A stretch of DNA of 64,000 bases, taken from contig MU057640.1 of assembly GCA_013265495.1 (NCBI GenBank), positions 815,303-879,302 on the forward strand, read 5' to 3'. The position numbers and the translations under genes are program-made. Below the pieces are notes generated by a model. It did no database searches. It saw only the letters and a program-made list of their open reading frames with translations, and was not told the origin of the DNA. The stretch's first letter is position 1. Each line of letters opens with the position of its first letter. Shown piece by piece: positions 62,520-64,000 of the stretch. The DNA comes from Vicugna vicugna. Taxonomy: Eukaryota.

Positions 62520-63950
62520 GTTGTCCTGAAGACCGACCCAAAACAGACAAGGGAAAGAAACAGACTATAAAACCTGAGAGCACAGAAGTTAAACCATCAT
62601 TATTTAGAGATGATATGACTGTATACCTGGAAAACTATTATGAATAATAAAGTCAATTCGATGTCTAGGAGAAGTTCATATCTGGATATTAGTAGCCTTA
62701 ATATTTGTAAATTATAACTAGTTGAAAAATCTCAAAGGAAGAAAAGACTATAAATATCTAGGAATAAATGTACCGAGAAATGTGCAGGACCTGTATCTAA
62801 ACTTGAAAACACTCTTCAAGGGCATAAAGATTTTAAAGAAATAAAATGCATGTCCCATCTTTTGATGGGAAAACTCAGCATCTTAAAGATTTAATTGCTT
62901 TTAGTTTAATATACATTTTGAATAATCTCAACAAAAATAGCAATTGAATTTTCCATGGAGTTGTAGACAAGACGATTTTAGAGTTCATATGGAAAACAAA
63001 ATAAGTACAAAGAAGACAAAGAAGACAAATGCAGGTAAGAATAGATATTAATTGTATTAATATACATATGCTTAGTACACGAAGAGACAGACCATGGGGC
63101 AGAACATAGACCAGAAACAGTCTCTCAGTATTTGATAAAGGTGACATTGCATATTAGTAAAGAAAAAAATGAATTATTCTCAAACAGGTATTCAACTGAA
63201 AAAAGAAAAGTTGTGGATCTCTATTTTTATACCTCACATCAATATAGATTCCAGATGAATCAAAGACGTAAATGTAATCACTAAACCACTACAATCCACA
63301 CAAAAACATCAGGAAAATTTCCTTATACAACTACAGAATGGAGAAGATCGCTTGGTGTGTGATCCTCAAAACAGAATCCATATAAAAAATAAATTTAAAG
63401 ATATAAAATAAAATAAAAGTCTGGACAGCAAAACCTACTATAAACAAAGTCAAATGAAAAATGACAAGTTTTCAACTCCATACTATAGAAAAAGGGCTAA
63501 TTTACTTTATACAGGAAAACCTACCTCAAGTCAGTAAGAAAAAAGACTAGAAATATAAATGCCCCTTAAGCATATGAAAAGACACTTACCCTCACTTTAA
63601 TAGGAAGAATGTAAGCTAAGAGCACAGCGACTTGACATTTTTCACCTATCATCTTGGCCAAGATTAGACAGTTTGATGACATCCTGGTTGAAAAGGATGT
63701 GGGAAACCATTTCTCAGACATGGCTTATGACAGTCTAAATCAGTGCATATTCTATGGAGAGCAAGTTGGCAATGTTTACCCAAATTTTAAATGTGCAGCC
63801 TTTGATCCATGCTTCAACTCTAAGAAATAATTCACTCCTTCAGATGTGAAATGACTTTCTTCAAGAAAATCCACTAAAGTGTTGCTGTTAAGACCAAAGA
63901 GTGAAACTAAATGTCCACCAATAGTGAACAAGGGAAATAAATTAGTTTGT
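62520..63950 (+). mobile_element. Decayed old L1 (L1ME-like) ORF2 3' half
   Basis: EVKPSLFRDDMTVYLEN is a remnant of the RT FADD motif; also gagttcatatggaa and catatgaaaaga. Confidence 0.85.
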
Positions 63951-64000
63951 ATTAATAGGAACTTGTTCTAGTCGTCTCCTAGTCACTCAGCTGGAGAGGG

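Larger units (their letters stand above)
27363..64000 (-). other. RGS6: RGS6 intron upstream of the 100-nt exon (partial)
   Basis: The first coding exon (MAQGSG...YCK) was not found between 27363 and 64000. Sequence is repeat-rich and non-coding, consistent with the very large 5' introns of RGS6. Confidence 0.85.

Overview
This is mammalian genomic DNA lying wholly inside one very large minus-strand gene, RGS6. The only confidently coding sequence is a 100-nt exon at 27263-27362 (-). It encodes [33 protein letters not shown](G), the start of the RGS6 DEP domain, and has canonical AG/GT ends. The rest is intron, densely filled with MIR, L2, L3/CR1, old and young L1 fragments, MaLR (MLT1) and ERV solo LTRs, and DNA-transposon MITEs (MER5, MADE2, MER45A, MER2-like). 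The L1 3' ends look artiodactyl and camelid-like, and I saw no Alu, B1/B2, Bov-tA/BovB, PRE-1, CHR or Can-SINE, so a camelid (camel, alpaca or llama) is the most likely source; this is inference. Repeat family names come from remembered consensus motifs, and boundaries are approximate unless a target-site duplication (TSD) is quoted. I found no evidence of a wholly new biological system. The best leads are: a frame-preserving 123-nt candidate cassette or alternative first exon (15135-15257); an intronic look-alike of the RGS6 first coding exon (12251-12331); a solo ERV LTR with a phased NF-Y array plus two octamers pointing antisense to RGS6 (40127-40705); and two CpG-rich candidate internal promoters (about 46.4 kb and 60.5 kb).
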